IMG/VR virus record: IMGVR_UViG_3300045988_130745
Length of the DNA: 64,000 nucleotides
Strand: one strand, 5' to 3'
Source: a virus
Shown: positions 1 through 8,879 of the stretch, piece by piece
Layout: the number at the start of each line of letters is the position of its first letter
Numbering within the stretch: position 1 is the first letter of the stretch
The notes under the pieces: generated by a model
Seen by the model: the letters and a program-made list of their open reading frames with translations, nothing else
What the model was told of the DNA's origin: nothing
The model's database searches: none
Made by a program: the position numbers and the translations under genes

Positions 1-57
1 AAATTATTGAATCCGCAGAAGCGGAGTTAATTGAATCTAAGGAGAAAGAATTAAAGG

Positions 58-1050
58 ATGGACAATCAAAGAGTTGATGTTATAATTCCTTTTTATAACC
101 AAAAAGATTTTTTAGTTAGATGCCTAAGTAGTATCCAAGTACAGACAATTTTAGACGATATAAATGTGACTATTATTGATGATTGTTCTGATGAAAATAT
201 TGATGATATTATTGCATTTTTTAAGCGTTTCTTAAATATAAATGTACTCCATTTAAATCGTAATAAAGGACCTGGCTATGCCCGCCAATTAGGGATAGAC
301 ATTACTTCCGCGCCCTATATTTGTTTTATAGATGCAGACGACATTTTTGAAAATGCTTATGCCGTAGAATATATGCGTGGGTTGATGCTTGTTAATAAGA
401 AAAGACCTGCTATATTCACATCATTTGTTGAAGAGTGTAGCAATGGACGGAAAATTCCTCATGTTAAAGATAATACATGGATATTTGGGAAAATTTACTC
501 TCGTGAGTTTCTTAATGAAAATAAAATTGTCTTTAGTGACAGTCGGGAAAATGAAGATAAAGGTTTTAATTGCGCGGTAATGCTTTGCGCGCAGAAAGAT
601 CCAAATAACGGGATTCGTTTTGAAGATCGTATTACTTACTCTTGGAAGTGGAATGAAAAATCCATCACAAGAGAAAATAATTTTGATTATCGCCATAGAG
701 ATTTAATTGGTTTTACTTATAACACTCTTGATGCTATTCAAATTGGAATTAAAGCAAATGCTCCGATAAATGCGATAGCAAGACAATCAACTGTTACCAT
801 GATATATCTTTATTACCGCTATCTTGAAAATTTAAAGACTAATGATTATTCTAATGAAGATATAATTAAATATTGTTATGATTTTTATATGCAAGCGTAT
901 AAAAATTATGGCTATAAACCAACAGATAGAGAATTTAAATTTATTAAAGATAATCAAATTACTGCATTTAGAAAAAGAAATTTGATAGATGTAGATAATG
1001 TTCCTATTTCTTTTGAAAATTTTATTCTAAATCTTGATGAAAATATTTGA
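58..1050 (+). CDS. family-2 (GT-A fold) glycosyltransferase
   Basis: 330-aa ORF with VIIPFYNQ, IIDDCSDE, GPGYARQ and FIDADD motifs typical of GT2. No in-frame TAG. Its TGA stop lies inside the next TTGACT box. Confidence 0.8.
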   Translation: MDNQRVDVIIPFYNQKDFLVRCLSSIQVQTILDDINVTIIDDCSDENIDDIIAFFKRFLNINVLHLNRNKGPGYARQLGIDITSAPYICFIDADDIFENAYAVEYMRGLMLVNKKRPAIFTSFVEECSNGRKIPHVKDNTWIFGKIYSREFLNENKIVFSDSRENEDKGFNCAVMLCAQKDPNNGIRFEDRITYSWKWNEKSITRENNFDYRHRDLIGFTYNTLDAIQIGIKANAPINAIARQSTVTMIYLYYRYLENLKTNDYSNEDIIKYCYDFYMQAYKNYGYKPTDREFKFIKDNQITAFRKRNLIDVDNVPISFENFILNLDENI

Positions 1051-1075
1051 CTTTTTACTCTATCTATGCTATAAT
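1047..1075 (+). promoter_or_regulatory. family promoter (-35 TTGACT, 17-nt spacer, TGnTATAAT)
   Basis: TTGACT 1047-1052 and TATAAT 1070-1075, followed by the conserved ATTTATAGAAA. Upstream of tRNA-His. Confidence 0.75.
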
Positions 1076-1120
1076 ATTTATAGAAAATCAAGAGAGGAAA
1101 TAAAATCCTCTCTTATCTAT

Positions 1121-1199
1121 GGCTTTAGTAGTGTAATGGTTTTAAGCACGCCAGTCTGTGGAACTGGTAGAGGGAGTTCGAATCTCCTCTTTAGCCCCA
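1121..1199 (+). tRNA. tRNA-His (GUG), with extra 5' G(-1)
   Basis: Cloverleaf by eye. Anticodon loop CTGTGGA, T loop TTCGAAT, G-1 opposite C73, CCA encoded. Two U-U mismatches in the acceptor stem. Confidence 0.65.
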
Positions 1200-1274
1200 A
1201 TAGAAAGGCTGTTATATGATTACAATTGCAGTTTTCTTCATTCTCCTTTTTGCTTTATGGTATATGTTTTTCTG

Positions 1275-1303
1275 TTGACTTTTTAAAAAATATATGCTAT
1301 AAT
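1275..1303 (+). promoter_or_regulatory. family promoter
   Basis: TTGACT 1275-1280 and TATAAT 1298-1303 with a 17-nt spacer. Upstream of tRNA(CAA). Confidence 0.7.
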
Positions 1304-1342
1304 ATTTAATGTAAGGTTGAGAAATAAATCTTACATTGATAT

Positions 1343-1420
1343 GCTCGCGTGGGCAAATTGGCAAAGCCGGCTGACTCAAAATCAGTAGTTTTGTGGGTTC
1401 AAATCCCACCGTGAGTACCA
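1343..1420 (+). tRNA. tRNA with CAA anticodon (Leu by anticodon) but a short variable region
   Basis: Acceptor gctcgcg/cgtgagt, anticodon loop CTCAAAA, T loop TTCAAAT, CCA encoded. Lacks the long variable arm expected of bacterial tRNA-Leu. Confidence 0.7.
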
Positions 1421-1626
1421 AGGGGTCTGGCTCCTCAACTAAAGAAATGCCAGGGTAGTGATGACTAAGGTTAAGAGCGCTAGATGCCCGGCTACTACCT
1501 AAAATAACAGACAGGGGAATGAGGTCGCTACGGTATCCTTTACTAATACGGTTGTGTACAGACTGTGGGTATAAAAAACAATGCCGCTAGATTGTTGATT
1601 GCTAAGTGGGGTCCTTAGCATTATAA

Positions 1627-1700
1627 TGGGGTATAACCTAATGGCAGGGTAGTGGACTTTGACTCCATATGTAAAGGTTCGATTCCTTTTACCCCAACCA
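1627..1700 (+). tRNA. tRNA-Gln (UUG)
   Basis: U1-A72 acceptor tggggta/tacccca, anticodon loop CTTTGAC, T loop TTCGATT, CCA encoded. Confidence 0.8.
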
Positions 1701-1702
1701 AT

Positions 1703-1776
1703 GTCGCATTAGTTTAATGGTAAAATGTTTCGTTGCCAACGAAAAGTTGGGAGTTCGATTCTCCTATGTGGCTCCA
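1703..1776 (+). tRNA. tRNA-Gly (GCC)
   Basis: Anticodon stem tttcg/cgaaa with loop TTGCCAA, T loop TTCGATT, CCA encoded. Confidence 0.8.
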
Positions 1777-1781
1777 TTTAT

Positions 1782-1872
1782 GCGCAAGTGTCCGAGTGGT
1801 TGAAGGAACCGATCTTGAAAATCGGAGGTCGTGATGAGCGGCCCGTGAGTTCGAATCTCACCTTGCGCGCCA
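1782..1872 (+). tRNA. tRNA-Ser (UGA), type II
   Basis: Acceptor gcgcaag/cttgcgc, anticodon loop CTTGAAA, long variable arm, T loop TTCGAAT, CCA encoded. Confidence 0.85.
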
Positions 1873-1957
1873 AGGGTAGCATTGATTAGCTGTCAATGAG
1901 AATAAGGTGCTCCTACACCGGCCTTTTATATTTTTATTTATCATAGGAGTGATAAAT

Positions 1958-2629
1958 ATGTCTATTTGCGGTATTTATAAGATAACTAATTAGATTAATG
2001 GAAAGTGTTATATTGGCTAGAGCGTAAACATTAAAAGACGCTGGTAGGAACATTATAAATTTAATTCAAGAGAATAGGATGCTGTTATTCATTAGGCTTT
2101 TAAAAAGTACGGAATAGAAAATTTTTCTTTTGAAATATTAGAAGAATGTTCCCAAAATTAGTTAGACGATTTAGAAATTAAATGGATAGCTTATTTTGAT
2201 AGTCAAAATCCAAATAAAGGATATAATTGCACATCTGGCGGGCAAGGAACTTCTTAGTGCGATATTAAACTTTCTAAAGAATAGGTTTTAAAAATTCAAG
2301 ACCTATTGATAAATTCTAGCTTATCTTAGAATGATATTGCTAAATAGTTTAATGTGAGTTATCAAACTATTTCAGATATAAATTAGGGAAAATCAAGAAT
2401 TGATGACTAGCAATTTTATCCTCTAAGAAAATGGTCAGTGCAATCAATCCCTTGTCCTTTAGATAGGGAAGATTTAAAAAGGGAAGTTTACACTAAGACT
2501 TTTGCAGAGCTTGGCAGAAGATTTTCTGTTAGACCAGAAGTTGTTTCAAAATGGTGTAAGAAATATGACCTTCCCTGCAAAAAGAAAGAAATTAATTCTA
2601 TCCCAAACGAAATTTGGGAATAGCTTTAA
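1958..2629 (+). CDS. GIY-YIG homing-endonuclease-like protein (copy a), about 12 in-frame TAG
   Basis: Translates as MSICGIYKITN[TAG]INGKCYIG[TAG]SVNIKRRW[TAG]EH, so TAG falls on conserved Gln positions. Frame is open to the TAA at 2627-2629. The ORF track shows only the last 61 aa. Confidence 0.85.
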
Positions 2630-2845
2630 TAATCAAATTAGATATAGTATAATAGACGATCAACAAAATATTACGCTTGCTTGTTGCGCCATAAGACAGA
2701 ATGAAATGGTTCTGTTGCGAGAAATCTGGTTGGAGAATCGGGAATACCAGTATCTAATTTATATGCAGATTAGGCTGAATTGTGTGAATCAGTAAATCTT
2801 CCATTAGCTGGACGGACTGATAGACCGAAAGCACTATCATTTTAT

Positions 2846-2920
2846 GCGAGTGTAGTTTAATGGTAAAATATCGGCCTCCAAAACCGTATGATTAAGGTTC
2901 AAATCCTTAGACTCGTGCCA
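2846..2920 (+). tRNA. tRNA-Trp (CCA)
   Basis: Acceptor gcgagtg/gactcgt with one mismatch, anticodon loop CTCCAAA, T loop TTCAAAT, CCA encoded. Anticodon stem is weak (3 bp). Confidence 0.65.
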
Positions 2921-2949
2921 TCAGAACAAATGAATTAAGGAGTGGTTTT

Positions 2950-3201
2950 ATGACTAGGACTGAAGATTTTAGACGCAAAGCCGCGAAGAAGCACATTCAC
3001 AAGCGCGAGAATATCATTAAAAATGTGTATTGTGATAAGGCTTGGTTTGACACAATTAAATCTCAATCACATCGCTTATCAAAAGGTAAAGTTCATTGTT
3101 CTTGTCCTCTTTGCGCCTTTCATGGTGAAACTCGCCAAGATTTGCGTAACCGTCTCGCGCAGATAAATAAGATTAAAGACTATATTGAGGAAGGATTCTA
3201 A
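2950..3201 (+). CDS. hypothetical small basic protein with a CxC...CxxC cluster
   Basis: 83-aa ORF from the track, ATG preceded by AAGGAG. Confidence 0.5.
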   Translation: MTRTEDFRRKAAKKHIHKRENIIKNVYCDKAWFDTIKSQSHRLSKGKVHCSCPLCAFHGETRQDLRNRLAQINKIKDYIEEGF

Positions 3202-3482
3202 TGTTTCGTGAAGTAACTATTGATTCTTTTCGACAGATTAGAGCGCTTCAAAGTACCGCGTGCTAGTATAATGTTCCTATTGGGATTCATGATGCAAATG
3301 GTTCTATTGCAGACGCAAAAAGCATTCTTGGTTTAATGAGTTTAGATTATTCTAAACCAGTAAAGATTGTCGTAGAAGATGAAGATAATTGTCTTTTAAA
3401 TATTCTTGCAAGATGTCTATCTGACGAAGATTGCTTGTGTGCGACTTTTGAACGCTTAAATCCTTGTTTGAAAAAGAATTAA
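3201..3482 (+). CDS. HPr-like domain protein lacking the phospho-His
   Basis: TAATG start overlap. Sequence ANGSIADAKSILGLMSLDYSKPVKIVVEDED resembles the HPr core. One in-frame TAG. No His at the HPr His15-equivalent position. Confidence 0.4.
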
Positions 3483-3486
3483 TAAT

Positions 3487-3515
3487 TTGACTTGAGAGTT
3501 AAATTATGATATACT
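3487..3515 (+). promoter_or_regulatory. family-type promoter (variant -10 TATACT) for the suppressor tRNA
   Basis: TTGACT 3487-3492, 17-nt spacer, TGATATACT. A leader hairpin tgagagatgaatttcatctctca follows. Confidence 0.65.
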
Positions 3516-3557
3516 AATTATAGAATCTGAGAGATGAATTTCATCTCTCAATTATAT

Positions 3558-3633
3558 TGACCTTTCAGATAATGGTTAGTCTAGGTGGCTCTAACCCACC
3601 ATGTCTCGGTTCGATTCCAGAGAAGGTCAGCCA
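3558..3633 (+). tRNA. amber-suppressor tRNA (anticodon CUA) with tRNA-Gln-like identity features
   Basis: Anticodon stem ggtgg/ccacc with loop CTCTAAC. Acceptor tgacctt/aaggtca gives U1-A72 and G73, as in bacterial tRNA-Gln. T loop TTCGATT, with a bulged A in the T stem. CCA encoded. Confidence 0.8.
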
Positions 3634-3637
3634 TAGC

Positions 3638-3690
3638 GAGACAGTCGCAGCAATTTATTTTGTATGGCATTTACAGAAAAAGCTGTCTTG
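3638..3690 (+). ncRNA. stem-CAGCAA element E0
   Basis: Terminal helix gagacag/ctgtctt with CAGCAA just inside the 5' strand and a 3' G. Member of a 10-copy family. Confidence 0.5.
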
Positions 3691-3709
3691 AAATAAAATA
3701 AGTTTATGT

Positions 3710-3740
3710 GTCTGGGATATTGCTATTCCAGACATTTTTT
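3710..3740 (+). terminator. intrinsic terminator
   Basis: Stem gtctgg/ccagac followed by a T6 run. Confidence 0.65.
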
Positions 3741-3752
3741 GTATGAGGTAAA

Positions 3753-4322
3753 ATGGAATATTTCACTGGAAAAGGACGTTTAGATTTTGTTAAAGCAATA
3801 ACTGAATTGTTTTGCACGGAATTTCCCTAGACATTGCTGTATTACCGAACTTTTTTTAATTAGTTTTGGTATAAAAGGATTGATAAAAACAATTTTTGGA
3901 TAGATTTATTTCTTGGAATTATTCAATTAGATTTACCAATAGAGAATAAATCTTTTGAAGAAATCGAACAAATTATTTAGAAAATTTTTGTTTTAAATGA
4001 TTAGTATTTAAAATTGGAGATTAACAAAGAAGCAAGAAAACAAATGATTTAGTTTATTTCTTTTTTAATCTGTTATTTCAATTTAAAAGATGTTTCAAAT
4101 TTATCCAATAAAATTCAAATTGTTCAATTAAATTCTTTCCCGCCTAATTCTTTTTTTGGGATATGGGCAATGGAAATTGCTCATAGTTTAAAAATTACAG
4201 ACGGCTGGGAAGAATCAATTATTAAAGAAAATTCTGCACTTGTAGAAGAAACAATAAAACGTTATTATCTGCGCCGGGAGGCTTATTATGAAGACATACT
4301 AGAATGTTAGGGCTAGGATTGA
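3753..4322 (+). CDS. hypothetical protein (TAG-rich), first gene of cluster A
   Basis: Open 190-codon frame only if TAG is sense. ATG 3753, TGA 4320-4322. Absent from the ORF track because of its TAG codons. Confidence 0.5.
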
Positions 4323-4365
4323 CATAGAAGAAGCGCGAAAATATAAGACTTTAAATTTTAAGAAT

Positions 4366-4590
4366 ATGAGTTTGCGTAATCTAATTCAATTAATTTTGAA
4401 AACTTGCCAAGATGAAAGCATAGACCCGACAATTTTGAAAGAATCTTTTGAAAAATATTCTCAAGATTATGTAAAAAATTCAGAAGAGCTTACTAATCTT
4501 GCGCGTGAAATAGCTTTTAAATATGCAGGTAATGTCCCTTGTAATAGAGAAACTAATAATCTTAATTATGTAATTTATCCAGAAGAATAG
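4366..4590 (+). CDS. hypothetical protein
   Basis: 74-aa ORF from the track, directly upstream of radical SAM gene A1. Confidence 0.5.
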   Translation: MSLRNLIQLILKTCQDESIDPTILKESFEKYSQDYVKNSEELTNLAREIAFKYAGNVPCNRETNNLNYVIYPEE

Positions 4591-4606
4591 GAGATAGTAT
4601 ATACTT

Positions 4607-5974
4607 ATGCCGCACAGATTTAAAACATACCAAGAAGAAGTTGCGGAAGCTTTACTTCCTGTTGATTTAGTTACAAAAGGAGATTATTATTTAGGAGCTT
4701 GCCGTGAAGTAACATTTTAGATTACTAATGCCTGTAATTTAAGATGTGATTATTGCTACGAATGTAATAAAAGTTCAGAGAATATGTCTCTTGAAACTGG
4801 CAAGAAAATTTGTGATTTAATTTTAAAAGAAATAGATAAGCCAGAAGGATTTTTAGGACGAAAAACTTTAAGAGGTTTAATTCTTGAATTCATTGGTGGT
4901 GAGCCTTTGCTTTGCCCAGATTTAATTGATGGAATTATGTCTTATTTTCTGCCGCGCTTATATATAATTCGCCCTGAACTTGTTCCTTTTGTGAGAATTA
5001 GCTTAACAACTAATGGACAAAATTATTTTGATTCAAAAGTACAGAAATTTTTGAAAAAATATGAAAGCATTATTAGTCTAACTGTTTCTATTGATGGAAT
5101 AAAGGAATTACATGACGCTCATAGAGTCACAATCGACGGTAAAGGCTCTTTTGATAAGGCTATCGCAGCTTTTGAAGACGCAAAAGCACGGGGATGGAGC
5201 TATAGCAAAATGACTTTTGTTCCTCAAAGTTTTCCTTATATTGCGGATTCAATTAAATTTTTAATCAGTGAAAGTATCCAAGATATTTTTTGTAATTATG
5301 CTTATGAACCTTATTATAATCAAAAGGACGCTAAAGAATTTTATTATCAAATGAAAGAAGTAAGTGATTATTTATTTGATAATAATTTAAAAGACATTTA
5401 TATTTCTTGTCTTGATATGCTTGCGGATGGTAAAAGCTCTATGGAGGGAAATTATTGCGGTGGCACTGGTAATATGCTTTCTTTTGATATGAAAGGTAGA
5501 ACTTTTCCTTGCCTACGCTATCATCCCACCTGTCTTGGAGAAGAACTTTCAAGTACCGTTTAGCTCGGAGATTACAATGGTCTTTATCAAACTGAAGCGC
5601 AATGTAAGGCAAGAGATTGTTTAAATTGTATTACTTATAAATCTCAATCAGAACAAAAATGTATTGATTGTCCTGTTAGTTCTAATTGTGGCTGGTGCAG
5701 TGCGAATAATTTGCAAATGACTGGTTCAATTAATAAACGAGTAACTAATATTTGCTGGGCACATAAAGGAAGAGTTTTAGCTGGGTATTATTATTCTGCC
5801 AAACGTTATTTATTATGGCATGATTTTCGTCCTATGAAAATTTGTTTACCAGACGAAGATGCACTTCAAATTATTTCTCAATCTGAGTGGGATGGATTAA
5901 AAGCATTGGTAAATGAAGCAATTACTGTCTTCGAGAAAGAAAAAGACCCTCTACTTATTTCTTAGGAGGGATGA
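4607..5974 (+). CDS. radical SAM / SPASM-domain maturase A1 (anaerobic sulfatase-maturase-like)
   Basis: VTF[TAG]ITNACNLRCDYCYE gives the CxxxCxxC motif. GGEPLL is present. C-terminal CIDCPVSSNCGWC is SPASM-like. Track fragments 4784-5563 and 5711-5965 join in frame through TAG codons. TGA at 5972-5974. Confidence 0.8.
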
Positions 5975-5977
5975 TTT

Positions 5978-6625
5978 ATGAGTTTAACAAAAGGCAGTAA
6001 AGTTGAAGCTTCAGATTGGAATAATCTCGCTGATGCTTATAATTCTGAAATTGTTGATCGTCGAAAGGTAACTAACGTTAAAATCACTGGCGCGCAGATA
6101 GAATAGCAGATTAATTCTAATTCTACTATTGAGCCTTTAATTGCGGGATTGACTGCAACTACAAATGGCAGAATGGTTAATGAAGATGGTTCTTTAAGTT
6201 CTAACACTTATTCAGTTGCAAAAGGTAGAGGGACTTTGATTTATCCTCTTGAAGATCATCAAAAAGTTCTTTTACAGCTTTCTAAAATTAGTGTTTTTGC
6301 AGAGCCAGGTAAGAGCGGTTGCTACGGTAGCTGTGCTGGGTTATGTGCAAGCGGATGTATGGGCAATTGTAAAAATACTTGTACTGCGGCTTGTAAAAAC
6401 GATTGCGAGGGAACTTGTAAAACAGGTTGTACTTCATGTACCGGCACTTGTTCTGGCGGTTGTTCTAGCTGTTAGGGTGGCTGTGAAGGTTCTTGTTCTG
6501 GCGGTTGTAAAGATAGTTGTGTCCAAGAATGTAAATCAAGTTGTCATGATGCTTGTATGGGTTGCCAAAGTTCTCATGCAAGTTAGGGTTGTTCTTATTG
6601 CGAATGTGGTAATTATCCAGGGTGA
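5978..6625 (+). CDS. Cys-rich CxxxC-repeat protein (candidate maturase substrate)
   Basis: 215 aa. About 100 N-terminal residues lack Cys. Then comes a run of more than 25 Cys, mostly spaced CxxxC (CYGSCAGLCASGCMGNCKNTCTAAC...). Three in-frame TAG. TGA at 6623-6625. Confidence 0.75.
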
Positions 6626-6630
6626 TTTAT

Positions 6631-7221
6631 ATGTATCAAGATGGATATGTTACGCGCAGGGGATTTCTTCAAAAAGTTAAAGATGCTATATTTGATATAG
6701 ATATTGATGGAGAATTAAACGATTTTATTTTTAATCGTAAATGTTATGGACCATCAGATTATTCTCTCTTGCCCTTATTATTTTTAAAACTTGTGGCTTT
6801 ACGAAAAATTAATCATGTTCATCTTGAAAAAAATATCCGTTTTATTGTTGATAAAGCGGATATTTATTTTAATTTAGTTTAGCCGCAATATCACAAAGAA
6901 TTTGTTAATCAATTATCTTTATTGCTTTTATTCTTAATGCGGAGTGATAAATTAGCAATTATATTGTCTCAGAATTAGCTAATTCAAGAGATACTCAATT
7001 TTAAATTATTAAATAATTATATTATTATTTATTTTGCTTATATAGTTTTTAAAGAATTTGAAAGTGTTTATTCCTAGGGGAAATATTTAAAGTATTTCCG
7101 CGCGAAAAATCTTTCAATTATTTCTAATCAACTTTATATTTTAAATAATCATATTGAACAAGTAGAATATTTAATTTATAAAGATTATGAAGAAACTTGG
7201 ATGTGGACTTATGGTGACTAA
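6631..7221 (+). CDS. hypothetical protein (cluster A)
   Basis: ATG 6631. The frame continues through several TAG codons to the TAA at 7219-7221. Confidence 0.5.
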
Positions 7222-7540
7222 AAGAGTTTTTTAGCTAAGTGAAAAAGATAGAATTGAATTGATAAATTTAAACCATAGTATTTAGTCATATGAATAGTTT
7301 ATAGCTTTTATTACTAAATAGTTCTATTCAGACACTTGTGTTATTGAGCATAGCGTTTTAAAAGATTGGCTAATTAATTATTCCGAATAGCTGATTGCTT
7401 GGATAGAATAGAGAAATAGATTATGGGAGTCTATTAATGCTCAATTTGAATATAATATTTTGACGATTCCGAAGATTAAAAATATTTCTTATTCTATTGA
7501 TGCAGAGAAAGGAGTAATTATTTATTGTTATGAAAATTGA
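7211..7540 (+). CDS. hypothetical protein (cluster A)
   Basis: ATG 7211. 110-codon frame is open only with TAG as sense. TGA 7538-7540. Overlaps both neighbours. Confidence 0.4.
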
Positions 7541-8810
7541 AAAACGCTTTGGAGCGATGGCTAATTCTGCTTCTATTGTTTTTTAGATTACGGAATCTTG
7601 TAATTTAAATTGCTCTTATTGCTACTAGCATTTTAAAAGTCCTCGGACATTAGATTTAAATACTGCAATAAAAGAATGTCAAGAAATAATTCGGCTTCTT
7701 GAACAAGAAAATGGAATTTTAGGTAAAAATAATGTAAAAGAATTGACTATTTCTTTTATTGGCGGCGAACCATTTCTTTATCCAGAAATAATGGATATGA
7801 TAATTTAGATGTTAATGTCAGGTATCTCTATTGTAAGACCGGATTTATTACCTTTCATAAGACTTTCATTAAATACCAATGGTACACTTTTATAGAGAGA
7901 AGATGTAAAAAAATTTATTCTTAAACATGAAGATATATTAAATATTGCTCTTTCTCTTGATGGTATTAAAGAATTGCATGATAAAAATAGAATTAACCAA
8001 AAAGGAGAAGGAAGTTTTGACAAGGCTTTTAAAAATGGTTTATGGCTAAAAAAGCATGGCCTAGACCATATTAAAATGACTTTTTCAAAAGAAGATATTA
8101 ATTATATAGCTCCCTCTTTAAAATTTTTTCTTGAAAATGGTTTTAAACATATTGTCAGTACACCTATTTACGAAGACATTTATACCAAAAAAGATGCCCA
8201 ATAGGTTTATAAACAATGTAAAGAAATTGGGCAATACGTAATTAGCAATAAAATTTGGGATGAAAGAATTAGTATTCTCAACGAATACCCCGGATAGATT
8301 CTTGATTTTTCTAATTACCCTTGTGAAATTTTCGGAGATTCATTTTGTTTTTCAGTTGATGGGAAAGCATATCCATGTTGTCGTTTTGCTTCAACTTCTT
8401 TAAATAATAATTGTATAAATTATTCAATAGGAGATTGTGAGAAAGGGATTTTTAATTCAAATGATACCCTTTCGCGCGAAGAATTGAAAAAAATGACAGT
8501 CAATACTTGGATTGATAATGAATGTTTGAATTGTCCAATTTCTGGTGGCTGTGGTTGGTGTCCTGCTTATTGCGCGGAATTAGGGCAATTTGGAAAACGC
8601 ACCAAAGGTAACTGTTGGTTTCATCGTGCAAAAATTTTAGCGCTTTATAATTATAAGAATTAGCGTTCGATTATTTTAGGAGACTGTCAACCAGAGCCTA
8701 TAAAAATTCCAGAAGAAATTGCTCTTAAAATTATATCCCAAGAAGAATATGATACTTTAAAAGAGCAATATAGAAAAGCAAAAATTGCGTAGGCTTCGCG
8801 CAATAAATAA
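7530..8810 (+). CDS. radical SAM / SPASM-domain maturase A2 (paralog of A1)
   Basis: IVF[TAG]ITESCNLNCSYCY[TAG] carries TAG at the same position as in A1. GGEPFL is present. CLNCPISGGCGWCPAYC is SPASM-like. 427 codons to the TAA at 8808-8810. Confidence 0.8.
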
Positions 8811-8811
8811 A

Positions 8812-8840
8812 TTGACTTTCCTTAATTCTTATGCTATAAT
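8812..8840 (+). promoter_or_regulatory. family promoter
   Basis: TTGACT 8812-8817 and TATAAT 8835-8840 plus ATTTATAGAAAATCAAGAGAG leader. Confidence 0.75.
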
Positions 8841-8879
8841 ATTTATAGAAAATCAAGAGAGAGAAAGGAATGATTAAGA

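Noticed and set aside
1873-1957. Group I intron hosting the GIY-YIG genes inside tRNA genes
   Set aside because: Each neighbouring tRNA (Ser, Pro, Cys, Asn) is complete with acceptor 3' strand and CCA before the endonuclease leader begins. The endonucleases are therefore free-standing. I could not identify P3-P7 type intron cores by eye.
6249-6680. 143-aa alternative-frame ORF across the Cys-rich gene
   Set aside because: It is a frame-shifted reading of the TGY-rich repeat, giving a Val/Leu/Ala-rich product. The CxxxC frame is continuous with the upstream N-terminal domain and ends at a clean TGA before the next ATG.
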